From an uncultured Mollicutes bacterium (GTDB taxonomy: Bacteria; Bacillota_I; Bacilli_A; Acholeplasmatales; Anaeroplasmataceae): 25,872 nt of DNA. This document shows, piece by piece, positions 20,501 through 25,872 of the stretch (positions within the stretch are counted from its first letter, which is position 1; each line of letters starts with the position of its first letter). A program made the translations under genes and the position numbers. Under the pieces are notes generated by a model that worked only from the letters and a program-made list of their open reading frames with translations, made no database searches and was not told the DNA's origin. The stretch is from the NCBI GenBank assembly GCA_947174685.1, contig CAMWJY010000001.1:1-25872 (forward strand), read 5' to 3'.

Positions 20501-23500
20501 GAAAAATCTACTCTTAAGGTTTTAGAGCACGCATTCTATAATTCAGACATTACTCATGTAACCTTTAAGGCTGAAGAACAGATTGAGTTTGGTTCTGAAG
20601 TATTTAAGAATTCTAAAATAGAATATGCAGAATTCAATTTTATAGAAACATTTGCTTATCGTATATTTGATGAGTGTATATATTTAAGCACAATCTATAC
20701 ACATGAAAATGGAGTAAAGCTTGAGAAAAATACTTTATCAAGTGATGTGAAAAACATTGAAGAGCAAGCATTCAGAGGAACAATTGCTCTAAAAGAACTT
20801 CATATAGATGATGAGATAGATTATATTGGTGATGAAGCATTTATAGGAACAGGATTAGAGTCTATTCGTATCCCTTCATCCCTATCAAAGGAAGATACAG
20901 AAGATCATTTAGGTGTATCTGTTTTTGAGAATGCAAAATCATTGACTTATGCAGAATTTGCTTATGGTACAGTAATCATTCGTGATAAATTATTTAAGAA
21001 TTGTACTTCCTTATCAACTTTACAATTCTATGATTATGAAGGAAACCAAACAGGGGTCGCTGTTACAGCAAATGAGGGTATTTATGAGGTTGATTTCGTA
21101 GCTAAGGAAGATTATGTAACCTCTGGTACTGTTACGGCTCTACAATTAAATACTTTCGCAACAACTGTAACTACAGTGGAGCAATATGCTTTCTATAACT
21201 GTCCTTTAAATGGTATGATTGATGGATCCTATACAGATACTATTCATACAATCACATTTACAAACAGCTTGACAAATCTTGGTGATTATTGCTTTGCATA
21301 TACTGATATTGAAAGTATTGCAATTCCTTCAAGCATAAAGCAAGAGAATATCGGTGATTGTGTATTTGCACATTGTAAAAAACTAAAAGATATTGTCTTT
21401 GAAAATGAAGGCCTTGGTAATCAAATGTTCTATGATTGTACAGGTCTTATCAGATTAGAGTTCCCAAGTGGAGTAACCTCTATTGGTGCTTACGCATTCC
21501 AAAATTGTACCGCTTTGGAGACTGTTATCATTCCTAAGGACGTACAATATATTGCAGAAGGTGCTTTTGCAAACTGTATAAAGATTTCACAGCTTACCTT
21601 ACCATTTATTGGTTCTGAGCGTGGAAGTACAGGTGAAGAGGGATTATTTGGTTGGATTTTTGGTAGTAATCCAGTTGATACTATTGAGCCTACAAGACAA
21701 TATTATTCTCAAACTGAATATAAGGATAACTATATCCCAGTTACAATTCAAAGAATCACAATTACTGATGAAACCTTAGTTAGCTATGGTGCTTTCTATA
21801 ACTGTGTATTAGAGTATATTAAGCTCCCAGATTTACAGGACAAAGATGTAAATGCAGATAATGTTAGTCAATTGGTACGCATTGGCGATTATGCATTCTA
21901 TAATTGTCCAAATCTAGATACTGCATTAATTCCTACTCAAATTACTGCTATCGGTAATTATGCCTTTGCATACTGTGTGAATGTAGAAAACCTAGCGCTT
22001 CCAGCAGGCTTAAAGGAATTAGGTAATTATTCTTTCTATCATTGTGAATCTTTACCTACTATTACAGTTCCATCCTCTGTTTCATCTAGTTTGATTGGTA
22101 CACATGTATTTGCATACTGTACATCAATTCATACTTTATATTTGGAAAATGATTCATTGGGTGCTAAGATGTTTAGTAACTGTATTAGCTTAGTTTCTGT
22201 TGTAATTCCTGTTGGAGTTACGACAATTGAAACAGCAACCTTTGAAAATTGTACAAGTTTAAAATATGTTGCTATTCCAGAAACTGTAACTGAAATTAAC
22301 GAAGCAGCCTTTAAGCAATGTGCTTCATTAGAGGTTTTAATCTTACCATTCATTGGATCTGAACGAGGAAATTCTGGTACGCCTCAATCCTTATTTGGAT
22401 GGGTATTTGGTACTACTGGTTCAGCAGCTGATTCCTTTGATGGTGCACAAACAGTAAATCAGGTTTATGCTGCATCTAAATCTAGAAATGTCTTAGTACC
22501 AAGCACATTAAAAGAAGTATATATTACAGATGAAACTGTGATTGGTTATGGCGCATTCTCTAACTTCTATATGTTAAAGAAAATCGTTATCTCTCAAGAC
22601 TTAAAATTCTATGGAGATGATGAGAATCATACATTTAGTTTTGATTTACAGCGTGATGAAGATGAAAATGTAATTGGTGTAACACTTCCACTACAGGATG
22701 CTACCTTATATAATGGTATGTATATATATAAGGATAATACATATACTATGCCAAATCAGGCTACACCTTTAGATGAAGAAGAATCATTGAGTACAATGAT
22801 TGATTTCTATAGCTTATATGTTGATACAAATATTGCACATATTTATCCTTATGCATTCTCTAATAATAATGGATTGACTAATGCTTTCTTAGGCGTTACA
22901 AATATAGCAGATTCTAGTTATGCATTTAATGATTGTTCTAAATTAGAGTATTGTTATATGCCTGATGCTACAGGTACCCAAGCAGATAATATGTTTGCTT
23001 ATTGTACAGGATTAAAGCGTGTTATCATCCCAGATACAATTAATATCTTAGGTGAAGCTGCATATCGTTGGTGTTTGAATATTGAATACTTCCAAGTACC
23101 TTATCTTGGTCGTGATGGCGGTACGCTTATTGATGGTAAGAGATTCCAGCAAACAATAGGCTATCACTTTGCTCCAGATGAGACTTATAGAGGAAGTGAA
23201 TCTACTTATTATAATAGAAATATTTCTTCTTATTGTGGTGGTAATTTCACCTATGATCCTACCGCTCCAGATTATAATTCTTATTATGGAAGAACTTCTA
23301 TACGTTATGTGCCTAGAAGCTTTAAGCTAGTAGTCACTTTAGATACACGTCTAACTTATTCTAGTTTAGCACAAATGGGCACTGCATTAACTGAAGTATA
23401 TTTCTCTGATCAATTAACATATATAGAGTCTAATTTCTTTACTAGTACACCTGATGTAAAGAGACTTGGTGTATGGGATTCTACTAATTATCATATTAAT

Positions 23501-25872
23501 GAAATTCCAGAAGGCCAAGCAAGATTTACGGATAATTTATTAACTATTGCAGCTCAAGGCTTTGCTGGTTGGCATGGTCTAAAGGATATTGTAGTACCAA
23601 ATAGTGTACAAATGATTGGTACAGATGCATTTGTTAATACAGGTCTTGTGAAGATGGTTTTACCATTTGTTGGTGTAAGTAGACCTCAGGATCTTTCAAA
23701 ATATCCTACAGGAAATTTAGGATTAAATGCTACTTTTGGTTGGTATTTTAATGAAGATGATAACAATTATAGCGTTCAAAATACTCGTTGGAATGCAACA
23801 AAGGTTACTTATCCAATTAACTCACAAAAGGTTTCTAGTTATAATCCAGATTCAGCAGTTTGGGTTCCTTCAACGTTAAGAACTGTAATCATTACAGATA
23901 CAGATACAATTGCTGATGATGCCTTTAGAAATATGTCAATGATTCAAAGAATTGTCCTTCCATTTGGTCTAGATACAGAGGATGAGAATAAGCTAGGTAT
24001 GCCACCAGTGTATGCCTCTGATGAAGCAGAGCTTTGTGATATCTCTGTAACCTCAATCGGTAATCATGCTTTTGATGGTACAGGCTTACTTGAAATGTAT
24101 ATTCCTGCAAGTGTTGATACAATAGGAGAGTATGCATTTAGTAATAATAAATCAATGACAAAGTTTGTATCTAATACAGATGCAATTAACAATTATATGT
24201 TCTATGGCTGTACTAGATTGTTTGATGTTGTATTAGATTATATTACAGTTATTCCAGATTATGCTTTCTATGAGTGCGATGCATTAGTATCTATCCATAA
24301 TACAAGTGAGGATGATTGGAATATATTTGAGCATCAAATTACATACATTGGAGATTATGCTTTCTATGGCGCTGATCATTTCACTTACCCACTAACAGAA
24401 GCAGAAGCGAATACAACTTTAATTACTTCTATTGGCTGGTATGCTTTTGCCAATATTGCTGATATTGGTCAATCAGGCAGTGATATTGTAGTTCATTTAC
24501 CTGTTGATTTGAATACACTAGGTGAAGGTGCATTCTATAACACACCTAATATCTCTGAATTCTATATGTATGATAAGGTTACATCTATGCCTTATGAACA
24601 TACATATACGGCAGCTTCAACAGAATATAAAGGTATTTTGGAGAATGTTGCTCACTTGAGAATATTCAAGAGTGAGAGTGCAATCATTATGGAAAGAATG
24701 AACATGAATGATGCAAAGCTTGAAACATTATATATTCCTTATGTAGAAAATATAAAGGCTTATGCATTCTATGGAAATACTTCCTTAAAAGATGCAACAA
24801 TTTCTTCTGCAAACATTATAGAAGATTATGCATTCTATCATAATACATCTTTAAGAGACTTTGCCACTGGCGCTTATATTGGTGGTTCCTTTGATGCTAC
24901 AACTACGGTGTTTGATACATTAATTACATCTATTGGTAATTATGCATTTGATGGAGATACAGTATTAGTTTATCCATTTAAGAATCCTTTAAATGATGCA
25001 ATCGTGATTACATCCATTGGAAATTATGCATTCAGAGATTGTAAGTTTATGGGTGGTTCTAAAGAAGTGTCTACAACTGTAGGAGAAGATACAGTTATTT
25101 CTACTCAAGCACTTGGAAAGGCAGATGTTGTCTTACCTAAAACATTGACAACATTAGGTGAAAATGCGTTCTTAAATGATACGAATATTCGTTCATTAGT
25201 AACTCCAGAAGGATTAGTTACAATTGGTGATTATGCATTTAGAAATTGTACCGATTTACAGGAAATCACTATGCTTGGTGAAATTTCTGGTGCTGGTATG
25301 TTTAGAGGGGATACTGCGCTTAAAAATGAAGATGGAACTAAGATTCATATAGAAAAATTGACAATAATAGCAAGAGAAATGTTTGCTGAATGTATCAATT
25401 TGAAAAATATTTACTTGCCAAAGCAAGATGTTGAGACGAATGCTTTAGGTCTAAAAACTATTGGTGATTTTGCATTCTTTGATACACGTGCTGTAGTAAA
25501 TGATTTTGGTACTGATGAGTATCATGAAACAATTTATGTTCCTAATACGGTACAAACCATTGGTTCATTTGCATTCTATAATAATCAGGCTATTAAAAAT
25601 ATCTATATTGAAAAAGATTCATTATTGACGATGGGTGTTTCAACTTTTGCAAGTTGCTTTAGTCTAGAAACCTTAACTATCCCATTCATTGGCTATCGTC
25701 AAGGGGATGATACAACTTCCAATTATTTGTATTTCCCATACAATATTAATAGTGTTAATACTACTACAAAGGCTTATTCTACAACATATTATTATTATTC
25801 AACATTACATTTTAATTTCTATTTGTATGAATATGCTTACTATAATCCAGCAAATAATGCAAGAACATATAA
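8534..25872 (+). CDS. Giant secreted/surface BspA-type LRR protein with inserted acidic GxDxxxGTxDD-repeat domains (partial, at least 5779 aa, runs off the 3' end)
   Basis: ATG 8534 gives MKGSSKNILRKGIKLIGLLAMILAIAFIIHKP, a basic N-region plus hydrophobic segment with a possible AIA signal peptidase site. Manual translation gave no stop, and the last codons ...PANNARTY (TAT 25868-25870) are in the same frame. The track lists no + ORF here, which fits an ORF that lacks a stop within the window. LRR_5-like blocks at about 9008-14413, 15551-15883 and 20015-25872. Confidence 0.93.
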   Translation, partial: MKGSSKNILRKGIKLIGLLAMILAIAFIIHKPLQESTDFIDEEEFVPQEQTDRINLASTAPNSVTDTVSSSLTDIVSNSVEYIEPSYSTTSYSISYSGNTDGVNTITLNYMYFNASPGGNIQIPSNYYSGNTNYTITRIATNFYIRYSSYYSYYLYPSVVKLPASIRRIENNAFAQSYFNNTKFDLSLCTNLEYIGTNAFYTTSSENNRSIVQIAEYMPNLTEIGENAFRNAFKVEYDTNDSMNIMSIKRIGKYAFGNDTNTSSGYSYTGLRGIVFGDSLEYMGDYAFYNNDGLEDINIPASCQAVGAYAFASCQNMITATVRTPKIGTAAFKDDASLVSVRISDLTEEIPDYCFQSCNALSTVTLYPSYDDISLSTSLTRIGKNAFSNTNLNTFTLPQNVTEIGDYAFADCRGMIAFDYSIAVENMKLGNGILQGCSNIEEIVIPGDLFDSCGIDFLRDATLLSKVTFLKQNVLEPGFFAGCANLTTIIFAAEDPITRIPDEYFRDCVKLSELSFVDTTGTHHGELSRTIESIGAYAFYNTAFPEITVSNTVDSVGNYAFANMQLLTYASVNSKDISYRMFYGCPYLETVYIGSNASNVIKKTEENISSYEFNYSTNEETIINKTVQKNAAFASCIRLNNLTLECPTLGAYMFDGCLSLEEVELKATIRNVETHAFANCQELSSVTLLTSALGEFMFANDTKLKNITLNPNTTTIPAHAFYRSNLESISIPSSVTTVGNLAFAYSISLQYADLNSCQMISPYMFFNCIALQEIEIPANVGDNVGDYAFANCTNLKNAIIHNSKISNYMFYNDPLLCAPSTSHQTLVLGSNIQTVGQRAFSKSGVTKVEIAADQISNYMFEDCLSLQELTIGIDDGTGSFDAPSQIGSYAFKGCTHLNSVTLNISKVGSHMFDGCNSLTYLVLGKPMQLIDEYAFANCSSLATVSTTDLTNLTEIKQYAFANCIKLNSFVVPDSVTKLGLGVFSNCASLNTITIPFVGETLNAATTTQTGSTSTVFGWIFGSIASDSSARITSYYSDTGNVSYYVPTGLNNVIITQEKIVIYGSFYGYTMIQSINIPLNTEIIQSKAFYGCEGLTDFVVPSTVKNIGTEVLAECIGLRQATLNCNIMGTKMFFNCVKLHTVHLKEVKYVSTSAFQGCVALEIVDLNQGNGSLGNICTTIYEKAFYGCSNLVTLEFPSTITLIDSMAFMDCVKLSFITLPSSLTTLKQQAFANCDSLVSIVIPQNLSELEASIFVNCDNIRSVLFTNEIVGERMFEGCNTIQTIELQRIKEIKKFAFSNCSSIEDLILPNTLTTLGQGAFMNCASIKELVVPESVVSVDASVFQGCTDLLYVTLKNTKMGTSMFENCTSLRNVAFGAPETAPAYAISSRAFYGCFELLFPELPKNINEIGSWAFAQCYRNTIINIPKTIGTMGVGVFWDIDVEEAIIPFIGMNREPAYLSYSGNYGYSRYVLGWIFGASNPSLNPTIVASGTNYTTPSKAYECKVSYNNSYSYYYKTEAWYLPKSLTKVTVTDAKTIPYFAFWSAVNLTDIVIEDTVEIIRESSMYNCTSLTNLVVPFIGLERGATGVANTSIFYGSSTIRFHKSSIASWFLTMPGGSYSSVVYNDYDKTSPVTTVVTSELSMPATTNYSHPIRYQVPLSLKNVVIRDSNNKNSSSKNSIGLGEAAFYNCSMIKNVTFEGHLVAIGKNAFYNSGIDFIDIPSTVGTVGEGAFSGMKSLENVIVRSSSISSKMFEGSTGLKNVEILGTNVSVGSAAFRNCTSLLSVNFNQSVISVGEEAFAGCTKLESLYINKIGCISNGALLAGSHNFGYLFGKTAGTGLVANTTQISETETVVRYLPQNLSVYFIGSEIPAYGFAGVSSIQIIDLAEGLTKIGDYAFKNTTNLKTIRIPSSFKTDGTTPAGGKNIFENSGLVTVYFGEGISKIYEGMFADCSELTNLIFESTTTIYEYRYISNNIFEEYKKVGYTGQFISTNRLICGGRDLTVGTADDIENIIIGGDSKYYLDNQDGTYYAYGKDTLLGTSDDVLIGMGNDQVLGSDDDFVIVEFGGKKYKDFFDNTYCTITIVEAEDGQWNYAFGMTRYTRINNAFVEIILDEKDQAYIAVQDDQYILYRSTGKDGIIGTEDDRIVFLGLTGTEYTNITDAIIYDSVFVWDGKLYYDYRDNTYQEIVVSSTDANGFRLEEIFGAGPDAIIGTEDDISKYTSITFDKIQSDDSLADYGKLLSTIDQKALQEYTYQRIITGDDGTHYIYLPWASYLNEPSYLGCGRDGLLGTDDDILGATTNFNIVVETPKPEEEIIIPVVNTTTYRVYEYRRYEDNVMANTVKIIEEEAFINCTSLTNLVLSAQLVEIHDKAFFNSGLEEITVPSSVEFLGRHVFAENKSLVNAVIMCEVIGEYMFSKDEKLAKASIAYNTREISKGAFYECKSLRIITFHSNFIQDIHYELPDGYFPDGSEPSNGSPDEPEDPLPGEDYVTFLVRRAQSSAVTVENGLDNKEGTADDYYSYGNYYKLIGIDLVAQTMDDIVVLIYDGAYYEVVGYQNLNKTINLYRKVTYSAGTNSFIFGDYFLGNSNGEFSLENQSVTLNLIEDASGNYSYKVGNLVYDYGQDGKLGTTDDVITITIDQTTYVVVEIEGSYYTELATNVYYEVDVDSLTLRLVYYDGTSFVDTIASIMNQYYFVNENHTLQLISNGSIEEDVYILDNNILVSVEEKQPNQFFEFLRGNFYRLWQYSNNQFRSSIVCVMDEEFETLEDAVYLRGNDTYAVFLGNALYQVPGADGLYGTDDDEYIINDNPTENVGGLVFVYRSDGKYYHYHNFNIYFVLDLDNYVYSYVCAGLDEDPTTESDNFTNVVIGNDGNFYLNNEDGTYYTVTNSKLTGTASDTLVCPQDATTIGNPTDYVLRKYNEEFYRDYLDNTFAKVDFVKQGNYWKAQLSDERFVGTNTGALDPTITPRITVENRNGLVYIDNHDGTFTLLGKDNLFNTADDTLHLLMENQVADADDPKVVKGSYVSQGSSEEETYYYLDMGDNHNVYRKYQISGTEGNYEYTDLGLIAANIDFKPGNVNDVTAFYNETLKAYYYLDSSSARRGYGEDGILYGSGKNQDSKYVMADGNYVDVTTITLNGVANLYHINADNTYTKYIELDTPVDGNTHRVDGYVCLGSDRVLQSTDSTDVVEVIVNGEVLHFLHIAGMPTYIAAGEDGLLGFGDDDILCHVGTGGIEFTGEGSDDILDIVAGKEDEYYYKHVAGNIYQRIESGVLGRYVAAGLVSGEYCVGTAKDLVQNTNDIQNITTDYVEFDSNNYLLATADGIISFEESQMVHTSNINDPATYVLVHNGKDNTYHTADDYIVVDGIATFAQQDGLIGSTDDLTNVVLGLDELPYEYDSVKDIYYTYTLSVDRFVEAFDGNSNRIALYSSNAVGDSEDKTLTALTLNGTTQYYLQNNSTSFYTYATGTILEYLVHVGLNDDGTAASLGSVYNYAMVGNTAHFVGLDLRIGTSDDLVAFLGENDERPYTYVDSIDHNIYITYDLTTYTELPSPTGGKYIISAGSDRRIGTDDDIDTVIQVSGHYYYTDMDGLYFTSPNNILGYSDMRMYVGADGEIGTKDDYYNVTRYLPGNLGYKATFVGPDGYYSGGDDLIAVLGVNQYAYYALTDAKKNQYNNLYRRYSMDEMSYISLVGDTICGGANCRPGDSDDITETSGKLVHAQNGDWYLTVEGSTKEYLNKSFDGLLGTADDKHIFIGEDAELGTYDDYYWILIDNFNRKVFPGTTPILDSDTDEVKEWKRFHGDDVFFTEDDYYSVPSEQIVEVENQTPYSLESIQDYAFYNCVSLEHLQLYSPDDFNTYQNLNTLGSYAFAGCTSLKEMIFPYTLQGDKLTSADDTGYGEYIFEGCTSLETVTFNETYLSHATFIPKGMFKGCISLSELYFYDSLTKLEMNHFSPYLEEIREEAFMNTWAMDEDGKPISSDPEIGSVVIEKSTLKVLEHAFYNSDITHVTFKAEEQIEFGSEVFKNSKIEYAEFNFIETFAYRIFDECIYLSTIYTHENGVKLEKNTLSSDVKNIEEQAFRGTIALKELHIDDEIDYIGDEAFIGTGLESIRIPSSLSKEDTEDHLGVSVFENAKSLTYAEFAYGTVIIRDKLFKNCTSLSTLQFYDYEGNQTGVAVTANEGIYEVDFVAKEDYVTSGTVTALQLNTFATTVTTVEQYAFYNCPLNGMIDGSYTDTIHTITFTNSLTNLGDYCFAYTDIESIAIPSSIKQENIGDCVFAHCKKLKDIVFENEGLGNQMFYDCTGLIRLEFPSGVTSIGAYAFQNCTALETVIIPKDVQYIAEGAFANCIKISQLTLPFIGSERGSTGEEGLFGWIFGSNPVDTIEPTRQYYSQTEYKDNYIPVTIQRITITDETLVSYGAFYNCVLEYIKLPDLQDKDVNADNVSQLVRIGDYAFYNCPNLDTALIPTQITAIGNYAFAYCVNVENLALPAGLKELGNYSFYHCESLPTITVPSSVSSSLIGTHVFAYCTSIHTLYLENDSLGAKMFSNCISLVSVVIPVGVTTIETATFENCTSLKYVAIPETVTEINEAAFKQCASLEVLILPFIGSERGNSGTPQSLFGWVFGTTGSAADSFDGAQTVNQVYAASKSRNVLVPSTLKEVYITDETVIGYGAFSNFYMLKKIVISQDLKFYGDDENHTFSFDLQRDEDENVIGVTLPLQDATLYNGMYIYKDNTYTMPNQATPLDEEESLSTMIDFYSLYVDTNIAHIYPYAFSNNNGLTNAFLGVTNIADSSYAFNDCSKLEYCYMPDATGTQADNMFAYCTGLKRVIIPDTINILGEAAYRWCLNIEYFQVPYLGRDGGTLIDGKRFQQTIGYHFAPDETYRGSESTYYNRNISSYCGGNFTYDPTAPDYNSYYGRTSIRYVPRSFKLVVTLDTRLTYSSLAQMGTALTEVYFSDQLTYIESNFFTSTPDVKRLGVWDSTNYHINEIPEGQARFTDNLLTIAAQGFAGWHGLKDIVVPNSVQMIGTDAFVNTGLVKMVLPFVGVSRPQDLSKYPTGNLGLNATFGWYFNEDDNNYSVQNTRWNATKVTYPINSQKVSSYNPDSAVWVPSTLRTVIITDTDTIADDAFRNMSMIQRIVLPFGLDTEDENKLGMPPVYASDEAELCDISVTSIGNHAFDGTGLLEMYIPASVDTIGEYAFSNNKSMTKFVSNTDAINNYMFYGCTRLFDVVLDYITVIPDYAFYECDALVSIHNTSEDDWNIFEHQITYIGDYAFYGADHFTYPLTEAEANTTLITSIGWYAFANIADIGQSGSDIVVHLPVDLNTLGEGAFYNTPNISEFYMYDKVTSMPYEHTYTAASTEYKGILENVAHLRIFKSESAIIMERMNMNDAKLETLYIPYVENIKAYAFYGNTSLKDATISSANIIEDYAFYHNTSLRDFATGAYIGGSFDATTTVFDTLITSIGNYAFDGDTVLVYPFKNPLNDAIVITSIGNYAFRDCKFMGGSKEVSTTVGEDTVISTQALGKADVVLPKTLTTLGENAFLNDTNIRSLVTPEGLVTIGDYAFRNCTDLQEITMLGEISGAGMFRGDTALKNEDGTKIHIEKLTIIAREMFAECINLKNIYLPKQDVETNALGLKTIGDFAFFDTRAVVNDFGTDEYHETIYVPNTVQTIGSFAFYNNQAIKNIYIEKDSLLTMGVSTFASCFSLETLTIPFIGYRQGDDTTSNYLYFPYNINSVNTTTKAYSTTYYYYSTLHFNFYLYEYAYYNPANNARTY
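14417..15550 (+). repeat. Non-LRR insert 1 (about 378 aa) with 6 GxDxxxG[TS]xDD motifs
   Basis: Motifs at 14525 GRDLTVGTADD, 14630 GKDTLLGTSDD, 14678 GNDQVLGSDDD, 14933 GKDGIIGTEDD, 15149 GPDAIIGTEDD and 15383 GRDGLLGTDDD. No LRR periodicity in between. Confidence 0.85.
15884..20014 (+). repeat. Non-LRR insert 2 (about 1377 aa) with about 16 or more GxDxxxGTxDD-type motifs
   Basis: Exact matches at 16055, 16400, 16907, 19046, 19220, 19364 and 19799, plus about 9 near matches (e.g. GKDNLFNTADD, GEDGLLGFGDD, GKDNTYHTADD, QQDGLIGSTDD, SFDGLLGTADD). Rich in Tyr, Asp, Gly and Thr. Opens with a Pro/acidic linker (LPDGYFPDGSEPSNGSPDEPEDPLPGED). Confidence 0.85.
21290..22580 (+). repeat. Internal duplication of a 248-aa LRR plus PFIG-module unit (744-nt offset) in the giant ORF
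   Basis: Colinear anchors all at a 744-nt offset: PSS (21326/22070), EN..LG..MF (21401/22145) and PFIGSERG (21602/22346). These are followed by LFGWIFG/LFGWVFG and ITDETxxxYGAF in both copies. Confidence 0.8.

Noticed and set aside
992-24137. All short track ORFs of 60-100 aa (e.g. 992..1246 +, 1472..1756 -, 3724..3975 -, 7994..8275 +, 9790..10092 -, 11290..11550 -, 22129..22353 -)
   Set aside because: They lie within or antisense to long, clearly patterned + CDSs, show no recognisable motifs, and read like shadow frames.
25304-25312. RGD tripeptide (integrin-binding motif)
   Set aside because: It sits in the structural F-x-G-[CD]-x-x-L position of an LRR turn (compare FDGDTVL, FEGDSSL, FANDTKL), so it is expected by chance and probably not an exposed loop.
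25870-25872. Terminal TAA as the stop of the giant ORF
   Set aside because: It is out of frame. The in-frame codons are AGA ACA TAT followed by an incomplete AA.
25682-25872. Tyr/Asn/Ser/Thr-rich loops as variable regions of a diversity-generating retroelement
   Set aside because: There is no reverse transcriptase and no near-identical template repeat differing only at adenines visible in this window. It would need a genome-wide VR/TR search.
1-25872. Eukaryotic (Trichomonas/Entamoeba) BspA origin
   Set aside because: The Shine-Dalgarno sites, sigma70 promoter, intrinsic terminator, lipobox and operon-like spacing are bacterial.
2083-25872. Impression that codon usage differs between ORF2 (more GAG/GGA/TTT) and the giant ORF (more GAA/GGT/TTC/CGT)
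   Set aside because: Not quantified. It needs an RSCU or GC3 calculation per gene before claiming a different origin or expression level.
1-25872. CRISPR array, tRNA/rRNA, IS elements, invertible promoter with recombinase
   Set aside because: No regularly spaced identical DNA repeats, no RNA gene signatures and no recombinase or transposase ORFs were seen. Nearly all sequence is explained by the three CDSs.

Overview
AT-rich bacterial window filled almost entirely by three co-oriented (+ strand) genes for secreted or membrane-anchored proteins, all with BspA/TpLRR-type (LRR_5) leucine-rich repeats. (1) 178..2067: probable lipoprotein with a duplicated Cys/His-rich stalk and a short LRR head. 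(2) 2083..8166: 2027-aa protein with an N-terminal membrane anchor, 14 MBG-like repeats, about 3 InlB-B-like repeats and an LRR head, followed by an intrinsic terminator. (3) A giant ORF absent from the supplied track. It starts at ATG 8534, has its own sigma70-type promoter and AAGGAGG RBS, and stays open to the window edge (at least 5779 aa, 3'-truncated). By manual translation it is a very long LRR solenoid with two large non-LRR inserts (about 380 and 1380 aa) at the same loop position. These inserts carry more than 20 copies of a G-x-D-x3-G-T-x-D-D acidic motif. The solenoid also has about 9 'PFIG...FGWIFG...YxP' modules with highly divergent aromatic-rich loops. I recognised no RNA genes, mobile elements or CRISPR arrays. 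The other small ORFs in the track look like shadow frames. Signals are bacterial and consistent with genetic code 11. A low-GC Bacillota or non-Mycoplasma Mollicutes host is an inference only. Domain names come from motif recognition by eye, not from database searches.
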